From a virus, in IMG/VR virus record IMGVR_UViG_3300036790_000425, positions 64,001 to 128,000 of that record: a stretch of 64,000 nucleotides of DNA; one strand, written 5' to 3'. The notes under the pieces are model-generated. The model ran no database searches. It saw only the letters and a list, made by a program, of their open reading frames with translations, and was not told the origin of the DNA. A program made the translations under genes and the position numbers. Shown here one piece after another: positions 42,901 through 50,222 of this stretch. The first letter of the stretch is position 1, and each line of letters begins with the position of its first letter.

Positions 42901-44532
42901 CGTGACGGCGCCCGCCGGGGTGTTGACGATGGCCGAGACCAGGTAGGGCTGGCCGGGGATGACTGGCACCCAGCCGCTGCCGCTGGTGCCCTCGATCGCC
43001 GGGGTTGAGCCGGTCCCTGACGGCGTCAGCTGGGCTGCCCAGGGGTAGGGCGCCCCGCTGGGCTGGACTGCTGCCAGCGTGCCCTGGAAGGCCGTCCAGC
43101 CGGTCAGGGCGCCGCCGGCGAAGTACGGGTTCAGGTTCGCGTTGCCGCCGATGGCGAGGTTCTTCGCCGTGATCGTCCCGGCGGCGATCTGGGAGGCGGT
43201 GATGGTCCCGGCAGCGATCTGCGCGGCCGTGATCGTGTTGGCAGCGATCAGCGCGGCCGTGATCGTGTTGGCAGCGATCTGGGTGGCCGTGATCGTCCCG
43301 GCGGCGATCTGCCCGGCCGTGATGGTGGCCGAGGCGATCTGGGTGGCGGTGATGGTGCCCGCGGCGATCTGGCTGGCAGTGATGGTGTTGGCCGCGATCA
43401 GCGCGGCGGTGACCGAGCCCGCCGCGATCGCCCCGGTGCCGTACTGGTAGGGATTCCAGGCCGCGCCGTCGAACTGGTTGAGCAGGAAGCCGTTGCTGGC
43501 GTCGTACCAGAGGTCCCCGGCCACCGGGGAGGCCGGCTGGACCGGTCCCACGGTGGTGGTGATGCCACCGATGTCGCGGGCGGTGAAGTCCACGTTCGAG
43601 GTGCCGATCGAGTCCGGTGCGATCGCCTGGCCGCCGAACTGGAAGGGGGCCCAGGCTGAGCCGGTCCACTGCTTCAGCTCGTACTCGCTGGTCCCGTCGA
43701 ACCACAGGTCCCCGATGACCGGGTCCGCCGGCGGGGTATCGGAGATCGAGACGCCGACCGCGCCGATGTCGCTGGCGGTGAAGTTCACCTGGGTCGAGCC
43801 GATGGTGGGCGCGTCGGAGAGCTGGGCGCCTGTCAGGCTGCCCGGCTGGATGGCCCCGGCCCCGAACTGGTACGGCACCCAGGCGTTGCCGTTCCAGATG
43901 GACATCATGTTCCCGGCGTCCGGGTCGAACCAGATGTCCCCGAAGTCCGGGTCACGCGGCTGGGTCGTGCCGGTGGTGACCTTGACCCCGCCGATGTCGG
44001 TCACGCTGAAGGCGACCTGCTGAGCGGTGATCCCGGCGTGCGCGGCAAGCTGGGCCGAGGTGATCGAGCCCGGCAGGATCTTGGGTGCGGTGACGGCCGA
44101 GTCCGCCAGCGCCGTGGTGCCCCACTGGGTACCGATCCAGGACGATCCGCCCCACCTGAACAGCTCGTTGCCCGCGGCCGAGTTGATCCACAGCTGCCCC
44201 GGCACGGGGCTAGCCGGGGGAGCCGGGGCGACGATGATCTCGGCCGGCCCGGAGGCTCCCGCGGAGCCGCCGACGAACTGGTCATCGCTGCTGGCGCTGA
44301 TGGCGGCGAACGTCCAGGCTCCCAGCGCCTGGTCGATCAGCCAGGACTCGCCCACCTGCGGCAGCGGCCCCTTCGAGCGCTGCACCAGCATCGGGACCCG
44401 GGTCTCGGTGTTCATCCGGTCGGTGGTGAGCGCGGTCTGGCCGTCCTCGGTGATGGAGCTGACAGTGACCAGCTTGGCCAGGAACCCGACCGAGTTGGTG
44501 GCCTTGTTGACGGCCTGCTTGGCGGCGGCCAC
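39961..44532 (-). CDS. Tail spike/fibre protein
   Basis: N-terminal gpV-like LPQVGESW, four P..P..G[DQ][LI]W modules, 10-aa ITA.QIAAGT repeats, carbohydrate-binding-like sandwiches. Confidence 0.8.
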   Translation of the reverse strand: MAAAKQAVNKATNSVGFLAKLVTVSSITEDGQTALTTDRMNTETRVPMLVQRSKGPLPQVGESWLIDQALGAWTFAAISASSDDQFVGGSAGASGPAEIIVAPAPPASPVPGQLWINSAAGNELFRWGGSSWIGTQWGTTALADSAVTAPKILPGSITSAQLAAHAGITAQQVAFSVTDIGGVKVTTGTTQPRDPDFGDIWFDPDAGNMMSIWNGNAWVPYQFGAGAIQPGSLTGAQLSDAPTIGSTQVNFTASDIGAVGVSISDTPPADPVIGDLWFDGTSEYELKQWTGSAWAPFQFGGQAIAPDSIGTSNVDFTARDIGGITTTVGPVQPASPVAGDLWYDASNGFLLNQFDGAAWNPYQYGTGAIAAGSVTAALIAANTITASQIAAGTITATQIASATITAGQIAAGTITATQIAANTITAALIAANTITAAQIAAGTITASQIAAGTITAKNLAIGGNANLNPYFAGGALTGWTAFQGTLAAVQPSGAPYPWAAQLTPSGTGSTPAIEGTSGSGWVPVIPGQPYLVSAIVNTPAGAVTLGFDWYNSAGSYLSTSAPSQTVTPATWSVTSTIQTAPAGAAFGIPRAGLSGTPPPTTTLLAQAVLVLSPMDGGIIEAGTIAAAQIAAGTITATQIASGTITVAQLAAGLVVAGIIDGTVVTGATLQNSTTDPRTAIHPDGSITITDSGGTVIFKVGPDGTTSWFSSTGQLQAAITPAGDFLVYQSPQGPQSWDFEPPGIPQLIAAPVNSTTSAASYAAAVTQDVPAGSYVQVIANASGSTVANSCTDSKGNLYSLLTQETSGEEVQVWVCAATTTALTVLGTDTITVGFAATNAQCKNIVHLVMPGITGTDFAIPASGSSAAASVSAVPSNINDLIVLIVANGLAGGVPVFPAQWELLSQVHSGSNQYTSVLIGSAQALASLTGSGAFGASCTWSAVMIGFTGPGVGVPAWTAQNATLMGTASWSSTGSFSLGVTHSNTTQPWGTTSPKFPVTAGSPLTMSATVQAPSALTAQIALAWYNSSGTLLSSTVCDQGATAIAAGAEQIFTVTGAIAPVGATQAAVVVSSTTTTSGLIMNADTVVAPGGLVYSNSAAGGMDEFGNIYTPGTSFIGLPLQENIFQVISPYGQALATIDSSGNVAGQVIAAAEDILIAGQSFEDEILPGLAQGIIAIGSLDGHLPAPATPITAGTETAILELDVDLLPDRCYMIMLSSFLVVLSNPGRAQLRIRATDDGSTPTTSSDNFMVFYTDTAFSNHLSITPSGVRAFQTGSSPVTLRMLLTLQPVSGTINGTTTSTTAQINGTADTGDFFTQQDAIIVYDLGDTVPNTGVYIGSGTSGTGGGQTITDKTFADATWSYYGAQATAAAPNSLRRHNNVFYEGPVPVGSGVQTGTPGNCYSYLDFTNSSLATVLAGATINSIKLTVSAFGGAFSSGATLYVGYSASAKKASSTSGVTHVGTFTIGAGQTKTITLPNSVATAFQSGAAVALVIGGEGEPGSAQCSFAGTGSGQGPYLTINYTTP
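43165..43415 (-). repeat. Tandem 30-bp coding repeats (ITAxQIAA[GNT]T), about 8 copies
   Basis: Imperfect repeats of gccgtgatcgtNNNggcNgcgatc. Confidence 0.8.
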
Positions 44533-47117
44533 TACGACCCCCCGGTGCCCAGGCCGGGAATCGGCAGGTTAGTCCCGCTAGTCAGTCCTCCTGCTATGGG
44601 AAGGCCGATCAGCTGGCCGCCGGACTTGTTGCCCTTGCCCGGCAGCCGGGCCGGGGCCGCGATGTTGATGCTCGTGCTGAAGAAGCCGCCCGGCCCCATC
44701 TTGAAGCTGTGCGTGACCGTGGTGACGTAGGCCTGGAAGCCGAAGGCCGGGATCTGGGCCAGCATCCCGGGCCACAGCTCGGGCATGAAGGTGATCGGGA
44801 TGTCCGCCGAGTACTGGTAGGCCCAGGACCGCATGAACAGGAACAGCGCGCTGAAGAACTCGCCCTGCGGGCCGATCACGCCGGGCAGCTGCTGGAGATC
44901 CGGGCGGGCGCCGAACCGGTTGTAGATGTAGCTGATGAACTTCTGTGCCTGGGCCTTGGTCGGCTCCAGGCCGAATAGCGCGTACATGATCGCCGGGATG
45001 TCGATGCTGGCAATCCCGTCGGTGGTCATGGCGAAGATCACGTCGATCGGCAGCGTCTGGCCGGTGCCGGGGATCGAGATGCCGGAGGTCTGCCCGGTGC
45101 CCAGGTCGATCTGCTGGGCCGGCGGCGCCACGGTGTACTGATGGGTAACCAGGTTGGTGTCGTCCCAGTAGACGGTGAAGTCCTGTAGCTCGATCGGCTC
45201 GATCCGCATGATCGCGGCGGTGCCCCAGATCCCGTAGTAGTCCGGGAACCAGGCGATCAGGTCCCCGTTGGGCGCCGAGGAGTAGCTCCGCATGGTCGAG
45301 CCGAACAGGTTCTTCAGGTACGGCAGCAGCGGCTGGTCGTTGAGCAGGGCGCGCGGGCCGGTGAAGACGGCCGAGATCTGCGCGGCCTCCTCGTCGAAGA
45401 TCGGGAACCAGGGGTTGTTCCCGAATAGCTTGTCGAACGGGTCATGCGGGTTGAACCAGGGCTCCTGGCTGGCCGTGGACAGCTGGAGGCCGCTGGCCGC
45501 GCCGCCCCCGCCGCCCGATGTCAGGGTGCCGCCGCCCGGCACCTTCTTGAACGGCGGGGAGTCGCCGTTGTAGCCGGAGTAGTCCACGCCCGGTACCAGG
45601 CCCGCGCAGTTCCAGTAGCTCGCGGTGTTGTCCACCACGCCGGCGAAGGTGCCGGAGTGATGCGCGCCGACGGTCTGCTTCCCCGTGCCGCAGGAGATCT
45701 CCACGTGCGGCGCGGCTCCCGGCGGTCCCATGAACATCAGGGCGCCGGGGATGTTCATGCCCTTCTCGGCGGACACGATCCGGCCGCTGCCCTGGCACCA
45801 GGCGCTCTGCTCCTGGCTGGTCCGCGGGCAGCCGTTCAGCGAGCCCGTAGCGTGGTAGACGGACCACTGCACGAAGCTGGAGCAGTCCAGCAGCTTCGGG
45901 TGCGAGCTGTCGGGCGCGGAGTCGCCGCCCTCCTGGTAGGGGATCTTGAACGACTCGGTGACGCCGAGCGCGGTGCCCAGCAGGTCATTGGCCGTGGCCT
46001 TGCCGGACTTCCCGGCGGCGGCGGTCTGGCTGAAGCCAGCCGAGTTGGAGACCGAGCTGGCCCCCTGGCCGTTAGCCAGGATGTTGACGATCTGCGTGGC
46101 GAAGGTGTCGAACCTCTGGTAGTTCGAGCCGTCGGAGGTGGCGCTGCGCTGGACGGTCTGAGCCTCCATGCCCAGGGTCATCGAGTTGCGGTTCTTAATC
46201 GCCAGCAGCCGGCTGTAGAACTCCCTGAAAGCGTGCGTCGGGTTCATGATCTGGGCCAGCGTGCCCCAGCCCATCCCGGTCTCCTGCTGGAGCACGCCGT
46301 GGCTGGTGCCGGTGCCGCCCGCCAGGTTGCGCAGGCCGGACTCGTCATAGCCGGCCATGATGCCGACCACCGCGTCCCGGGCGGTGCCGCCCATCTGCAT
46401 CACGATGTTGTAGGCCAGCACCGCCATGTTGGCCTGGCTCTGGTCGATCGCGAAGCCGGCGTAGGTCCCGGACTTCAGCGCGCCCGTCGGCACCGTGGTG
46501 CCGCCGCCCGTGGTGCCGCCGACAGTGCCCCCGGCACCGAGCGTGGCGTAGAACTGCTGGGCCAGCTGGTCGGCCTTGGCCGTGTCAGCCTCGACTGCCT
46601 TGGCGATCTTGTAGGCCCAGGTCATCCAGGACTGCGGGATGCCGGCGATGTGCACCTTGCTTGCCGGCCAGCCCACCACGTTCTGGAGGATGGTCAGCAC
46701 CGCGTTGGTGACCCCGCCGTCGTCGGGGTTCTTCACCGCCGCCATCGCCTGGGCCACCAGGTTCTGGGAGGCGGCCAGGCCGGGGTCCCAGTACCACATC
46801 TGGAGCCGCTTCAGCGAGCACGAGGCGTTCAGCTTGACCGTGGATGGCCAGGCCGTGACCAGCGGCACCTGGTTCAGGTAGCCGGTGAAGCAGCGCAGCC
46901 AGCTGACCCGCTTCAGCATCACGATGATGCGGTCATTGGGGGTGAAGATCCCGTCGTACTTGCGGCGCGGGTTCATCAGGGAGAAGTTGAAAGTCGAGAT
47001 CCCGTCCGAGCGCCGGACCATGTTGCCCTCGGTCAGGTCATCGGAGATGTCGATGATCCCGTTGGACTGGGTCGAAATGTACACTTTTATGCCTGGGCTA
47101 TAGAGAAACACCGCCAC
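44532..47117 (-). CDS. Baseplate hub with lysozyme-like and NlpC/P60 domains
   Basis: Hub-like termini. DESGLRNL...SHGVLQQ...WG...VQRS, then DCSSFV...PRTS..Q...PG...HVEI. Confidence 0.85.
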   Translation of the reverse strand: MAVFLYSPGIKVYISTQSNGIIDISDDLTEGNMVRRSDGISTFNFSLMNPRRKYDGIFTPNDRIIVMLKRVSWLRCFTGYLNQVPLVTAWPSTVKLNASCSLKRLQMWYWDPGLAASQNLVAQAMAAVKNPDDGGVTNAVLTILQNVVGWPASKVHIAGIPQSWMTWAYKIAKAVEADTAKADQLAQQFYATLGAGGTVGGTTGGGTTVPTGALKSGTYAGFAIDQSQANMAVLAYNIVMQMGGTARDAVVGIMAGYDESGLRNLAGGTGTSHGVLQQETGMGWGTLAQIMNPTHAFREFYSRLLAIKNRNSMTLGMEAQTVQRSATSDGSNYQRFDTFATQIVNILANGQGASSVSNSAGFSQTAAAGKSGKATANDLLGTALGVTESFKIPYQEGGDSAPDSSHPKLLDCSSFVQWSVYHATGSLNGCPRTSQEQSAWCQGSGRIVSAEKGMNIPGALMFMGPPGAAPHVEISCGTGKQTVGAHHSGTFAGVVDNTASYWNCAGLVPGVDYSGYNGDSPPFKKVPGGGTLTSGGGGGAASGLQLSTASQEPWFNPHDPFDKLFGNNPWFPIFDEEAAQISAVFTGPRALLNDQPLLPYLKNLFGSTMRSYSSAPNGDLIAWFPDYYGIWGTAAIMRIEPIELQDFTVYWDDTNLVTHQYTVAPPAQQIDLGTGQTSGISIPGTGQTLPIDVIFAMTTDGIASIDIPAIMYALFGLEPTKAQAQKFISYIYNRFGARPDLQQLPGVIGPQGEFFSALFLFMRSWAYQYSADIPITFMPELWPGMLAQIPAFGFQAYVTTVTHSFKMGPGGFFSTSINIAAPARLPGKGNKSGGQLIGLPIAGGLTSGTNLPIPGLGTGGS

Positions 47118-47779
47118 TAGAACTCACCCGCCCCGGGCGGGACCGGGCCGCCGCCGCGCAGCGGCGGGGGCGGGGTGGGCACCACCGGGGTGCCGGGGTC
47201 CGGGACCGAGCCCGCCGGCGGGATGACATGCGTGTAGCTCTGCGGCACCCTGGTGCCCTGGAGCTGGGTGCCGAACGGGTAGAAGTACTGGATCGCCTTG
47301 TCCGACCTGAACGCCGTCCACTTGTTGATCACCGTGCTGACCGGCGGAGTCGGGTCCTGCTGGCTCGGCCCGAAGGCGGCCTCAAACAGGAACACCGGGC
47401 TGAACATCATCATCCCGGTGTGGGCGCCCCACTCGTACCCCTGAAGCGGCACCCCGCGCTGGTAGAAGTCCCGCCGCGGCACGCTGACGGTCAGGTACGG
47501 GTACTGGGTACGGACGATGTTCGGATCCAGGGCCCACTGCGCGTAGTCGCTCAGCCAGTTGGTGAGGTGCGCCCGCTCGGTCCAGTCCTTCAGCAGGATC
47601 TGCACGCTGAACTGCTGGTTCGCGGTCTTGTGCGGGTAGTAGGACCGGTGGATCCGGGCCACGTCCTCCGCGGCCACCATCTGGGTGCCGAAGGACAGGT
47701 CCCCGGCGCGGACCTTGTAGGTGTGCCGGGTGCCGCCGCGGGCGTAGCCCAGCGTGCAGTTAAGACCGGCCCGGGTCAT
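47117..47779 (-). CDS. Tail/baseplate protein
   Basis: Position in the operon, coupled to the hub gene. Confidence 0.65.
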   Translation of the reverse strand: MTRAGLNCTLGYARGGTRHTYKVRAGDLSFGTQMVAAEDVARIHRSYYPHKTANQQFSVQILLKDWTERAHLTNWLSDYAQWALDPNIVRTQYPYLTVSVPRRDFYQRGVPLQGYEWGAHTGMMMFSPVFLFEAAFGPSQQDPTPPVSTVINKWTAFRSDKAIQYFYPFGTQLQGTRVPQSYTHVIPPAGSVPDPGTPVVPTPPPPLRGGGPVPPGAGEF

Positions 47780-48020
47780 CGGTGCTCACCTGCCCGGCGT
47801 CCAGGTCGGAGTCGTCGGCCACGCTGTCTGCCGGGGCGGCCTCGGGGGCGTAGACGGGCACGCCCAGGGTCTCCAGCTCAGTCGCGGTCACGTCGTGCAC
47901 GAGCCGGTACTGAGTCATGCCGAAGCCCATCATCGGCACCATCACGGCCTCGGGGGCCGCGACCGGCATCGAGATCGGCACGTCTGAGCCCCAGACGGGG
48001 CGGTCGGTGATCGCCATCAC
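47760..48020 (-). CDS. Small hypothetical tail-region protein
   Basis: Preceded by the CCCCGGAAG motif. Confidence 0.55.
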   Translation of the reverse strand: MMAITDRPVWGSDVPISMPVAAPEAVMVPMMGFGMTQYRLVHDVTATELETLGVPVYAPEAAPADSVADDSDLDAGQVSTDDPGRS

Positions 48021-48032
48021 TGCTTCCGGGGC

Positions 48033-48698
48033 CTACGCATGCGGGGAGAAGTTGCCGGGCGGCGAACCCTTCACGGGATGACCGCCGCCGGTCTTCTTCT
48101 TCGGCAGCGTGCCGGTGGCCTGGCCGTTATAAGCCGTGAAGTGCCAGCCGACGCCGGCCGAGATCCGGGCCATGTACGCGCTGATCGCGTCATAGGCCTT
48201 CTGGCTGAACACGCCGTTGGAGCTGCCCGCCTTGACCAGCGCGGTGCTGGCGTCCTGGACGATGAACAGGGTCAGCGTGTAGCGCTGGTTGAGCTTGCCC
48301 GGGGTCATGATCACCGAGTTGCCGCCGTCGGGGTCGGTGAGCGCCTTGACATAGACCTGGAAGCGCCAGTTCTTCGGCGGGTAGCTGAAGATCGCAGGCC
48401 GGTGCATGACGGCCTGGGCAGTGGCATCCCGGCTCTGGAACTCCATGATCCGGGTGACCACGTCCAGGAACTGGCTAGCCTGCTGCCAGCTCTCGCCGTG
48501 CTTCGCGTCCTGGTGGTCCTGGCCGAGGCTGCCGGTTACGGTCAGGTCATCGAGATAGGCGCCGATGACCTGGATCACCCGGCCGCCGATGGTCTCGACG
48601 ACGTTGGTGATCACCTGCCAGTTCCAGCTGATGTTCTCGGGATCAAGCCGGAAGGCCACCGCGGGGCCGCCGGGGTAACCGAGAGTTGCCGTGCCCAA
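48033..48698 (-). CDS. Tail tube initiator/baseplate-like protein
   Basis: TTG start after GAGGAGG. FRLDP.NI.W...T.GGRVIQV.G...DLTV.G. Confidence 0.7.
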   Translation of the reverse strand: MGTATLGYPGGPAVAFRLDPENISWNWQVITNVVETIGGRVIQVIGAYLDDLTVTGSLGQDHQDAKHGESWQQASQFLDVVTRIMEFQSRDATAQAVMHRPAIFSYPPKNWRFQVYVKALTDPDGGNSVIMTPGKLNQRYTLTLFIVQDASTALVKAGSSNGVFSQKAYDAISAYMARISAGVGWHFTAYNGQATGTLPKKKTGGGHPVKGSPPGNFSPHA

Positions 48699-48744
48699 CC
48701 TGCCTCCTCGCCTCACGCCTTCCGGGGCCGGGACAGGTAGCACG

Positions 48745-48773
48745 TTAGTAAGAAACCCTGTTATGATGAGGTC
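48745..48773 (+). promoter_or_regulatory. Promoter with the conserved box and a leaderless start
   Basis: TAGTAAGAAACCCTGT-TATGAT-N6-ATG. Confidence 0.7.
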
Positions 48774-49187
48774 ATGAGCAGACGAGGCACCCACCGCAGC
48801 GGTCACGAGAAGGACCTGAAGGCACTCGCCGGCGTCACCTCGTTCTGCCTGGGGGTGCCCCTGCTGATCTCCAGCGTCACCGAGCTGCTGCGGTACTCCC
48901 CCTACGAGGACCCGGGCGCCGGGACCGCCGGCCTGTGGCTGGGCATCGCCGCGGTGCTGGCCATCTGCATCCCGGTGCTCGCGCTGGTCATCCTGATCGT
49001 CCGGCTGGCCGCGGCGGACTACCTGGCCTGGAGGCGGTCGCTGTCTCCCGTGCAGCGGGCCCTGGTCGGCTGGGGCGAGTTCGCTGCCCTGCTGGGCGCG
49101 CACCTGCTCATCCGGCACCACCACCGCGAGACCAGCGCGCGGCTGACCGCCAGCGTCATGGGCGACACGCCCGAGGTGCCCTCTTGA
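48774..49187 (+). CDS. Membrane protein (about 3 TM)
   Basis: Three hydrophobic segments. Confidence 0.65.
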   Translation: MSRRGTHRSGHEKDLKALAGVTSFCLGVPLLISSVTELLRYSPYEDPGAGTAGLWLGIAAVLAICIPVLALVILIVRLAAADYLAWRRSLSPVQRALVGWGEFAALLGAHLLIRHHHRETSARLTASVMGDTPEVPS

Positions 49188-49696
49188 CCAGCATGCGGGT
49201 CCTGGTCTTCGGCTCGCCCGGCTACGACGATGAGCTGTCGCTGCGGGCTGCGCTGGACGAGCTGTTCGACAAGGCGCCGATGAACGGGGACCTGGTCGTG
49301 CTGGCCGGGCGTGAGGGGTGCGAGGGACCTGAGGCGATCGCCAGGTCCTGGGCTCAGGAGATGATCGCGGACAAGATGCCGGTACTCCTGGAGGACCGCC
49401 CGGAGATCCCGGAGGCGACCTTCGCGGAGGGCTGCCTGGTGGCAATCCGGACCGGGGACCCGATGCTGGACCCGGCCTCCCGGCGCGAGCTGACCGAGCT
49501 GGCCCGGATCCTGATGGCCCGGGGCCTCCGGGTGCGGGTCGTGGTCCAGGGACACGCCCAGGGGCTGCCGGAGGACCTGGCCGGCGGACCGGGCGGGCGC
49601 GTCCTGGGTACCGTTACCCGGCGCAGCGGGATGAACCGCGGAAACGATGCCAGTCCCGGCCGTCCCGGCTCAAAGCCACCGCATCACGGGCGCTAG
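49184..49696 (+). CDS. SLOG/DUF2493-like protein
   Basis: MRVLVFGS.GY.D...L..AL..L...LVV..G...G.E.IA..WA. Confidence 0.6.
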   Translation: MTSMRVLVFGSPGYDDELSLRAALDELFDKAPMNGDLVVLAGREGCEGPEAIARSWAQEMIADKMPVLLEDRPEIPEATFAEGCLVAIRTGDPMLDPASRRELTELARILMARGLRVRVVVQGHAQGLPEDLAGGPGGRVLGTVTRRSGMNRGNDASPGRPGSKPPHHGR

Positions 49697-50111
49697 CCGA
49701 CGGGCTGCCGCTGATCAGGATCTGAGTGCCGCCGATCGTCCTCCCGTCGTCGGCCGCCGGGATCCGCCACAGCCCGCGGGCCGGCACGTCCCGCGACTCA
49801 TACCACGCGATGCACTCGGCGGTCGCCTGTGCCGCGGCGGATCCCCCGGCAGCGATCCACAGGGCGCCGATCTGAGCGGCGCTGAGAGGCACGGAGAGAG
49901 CCGGGATACCCGGCAGTGCCAGCGGAGCACGGTCATGGCCGTGGCGCGCCGGGGAGAGCGCCACGGAGGCACTCAGGGCGGGCAGCGCTGCTGCTGCCGC
50001 GGACGGGCGGGCAGCTGGCGGGGAGCCCGGGACGATGACCAGGATGGCGGACGCGATGGCGAGGAAGGCCAGGACGGCCGCCTTCCTGCGCCAGGTGACC
50101 TGAGGGAGCAT
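49614..50111 (-). CDS. Secreted SLT/Rpf-like lysozyme-fold protein, possibly degenerate
   Basis: Signal peptide. LW.AAGG....A.CIA..ES....GLWRI...P..SA..AV..S.DG.DW. Confidence 0.6.
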   Translation of the reverse strand: MLPQVTWRRKAAVLAFLAIASAILVIVPGSPPAARPSAAAAALPALSASVALSPARHGHDRAPLALPGIPALSVPLSAAQIGALWIAAGGSAAAQATAECIAWYESRDVPARGLWRIPAADDGRTIGGTQILISGSPSASARDAVALSRDGRDWHRFRGSSRCAG

Positions 50112-50222
50112 GAGTCTCCAGAGCTGGCAGGAGCGCCCTCGGGCAGTACGTACAGGCCTGTGCCTAGGCGCCTGGCATCCCGGAAAGTAACACGATGGTC
50201 ACGCCGGGAAGTGCGATTCACA

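Noticed and set aside
43165-43415. CRISPR-like or DGR-like repeats
   Set aside because: These are in-frame 30-bp coding repeats without spacers. No cas or reverse transcriptase gene is present in the window.
48033-49445. Extended N-termini from the ORF track (for example 48033-49445, 265-1353, 24115-25182, 57060-57791)
   Set aside because: The extensions overlap other genes or promoters. Downstream starts with an RBS or motif support were used instead.
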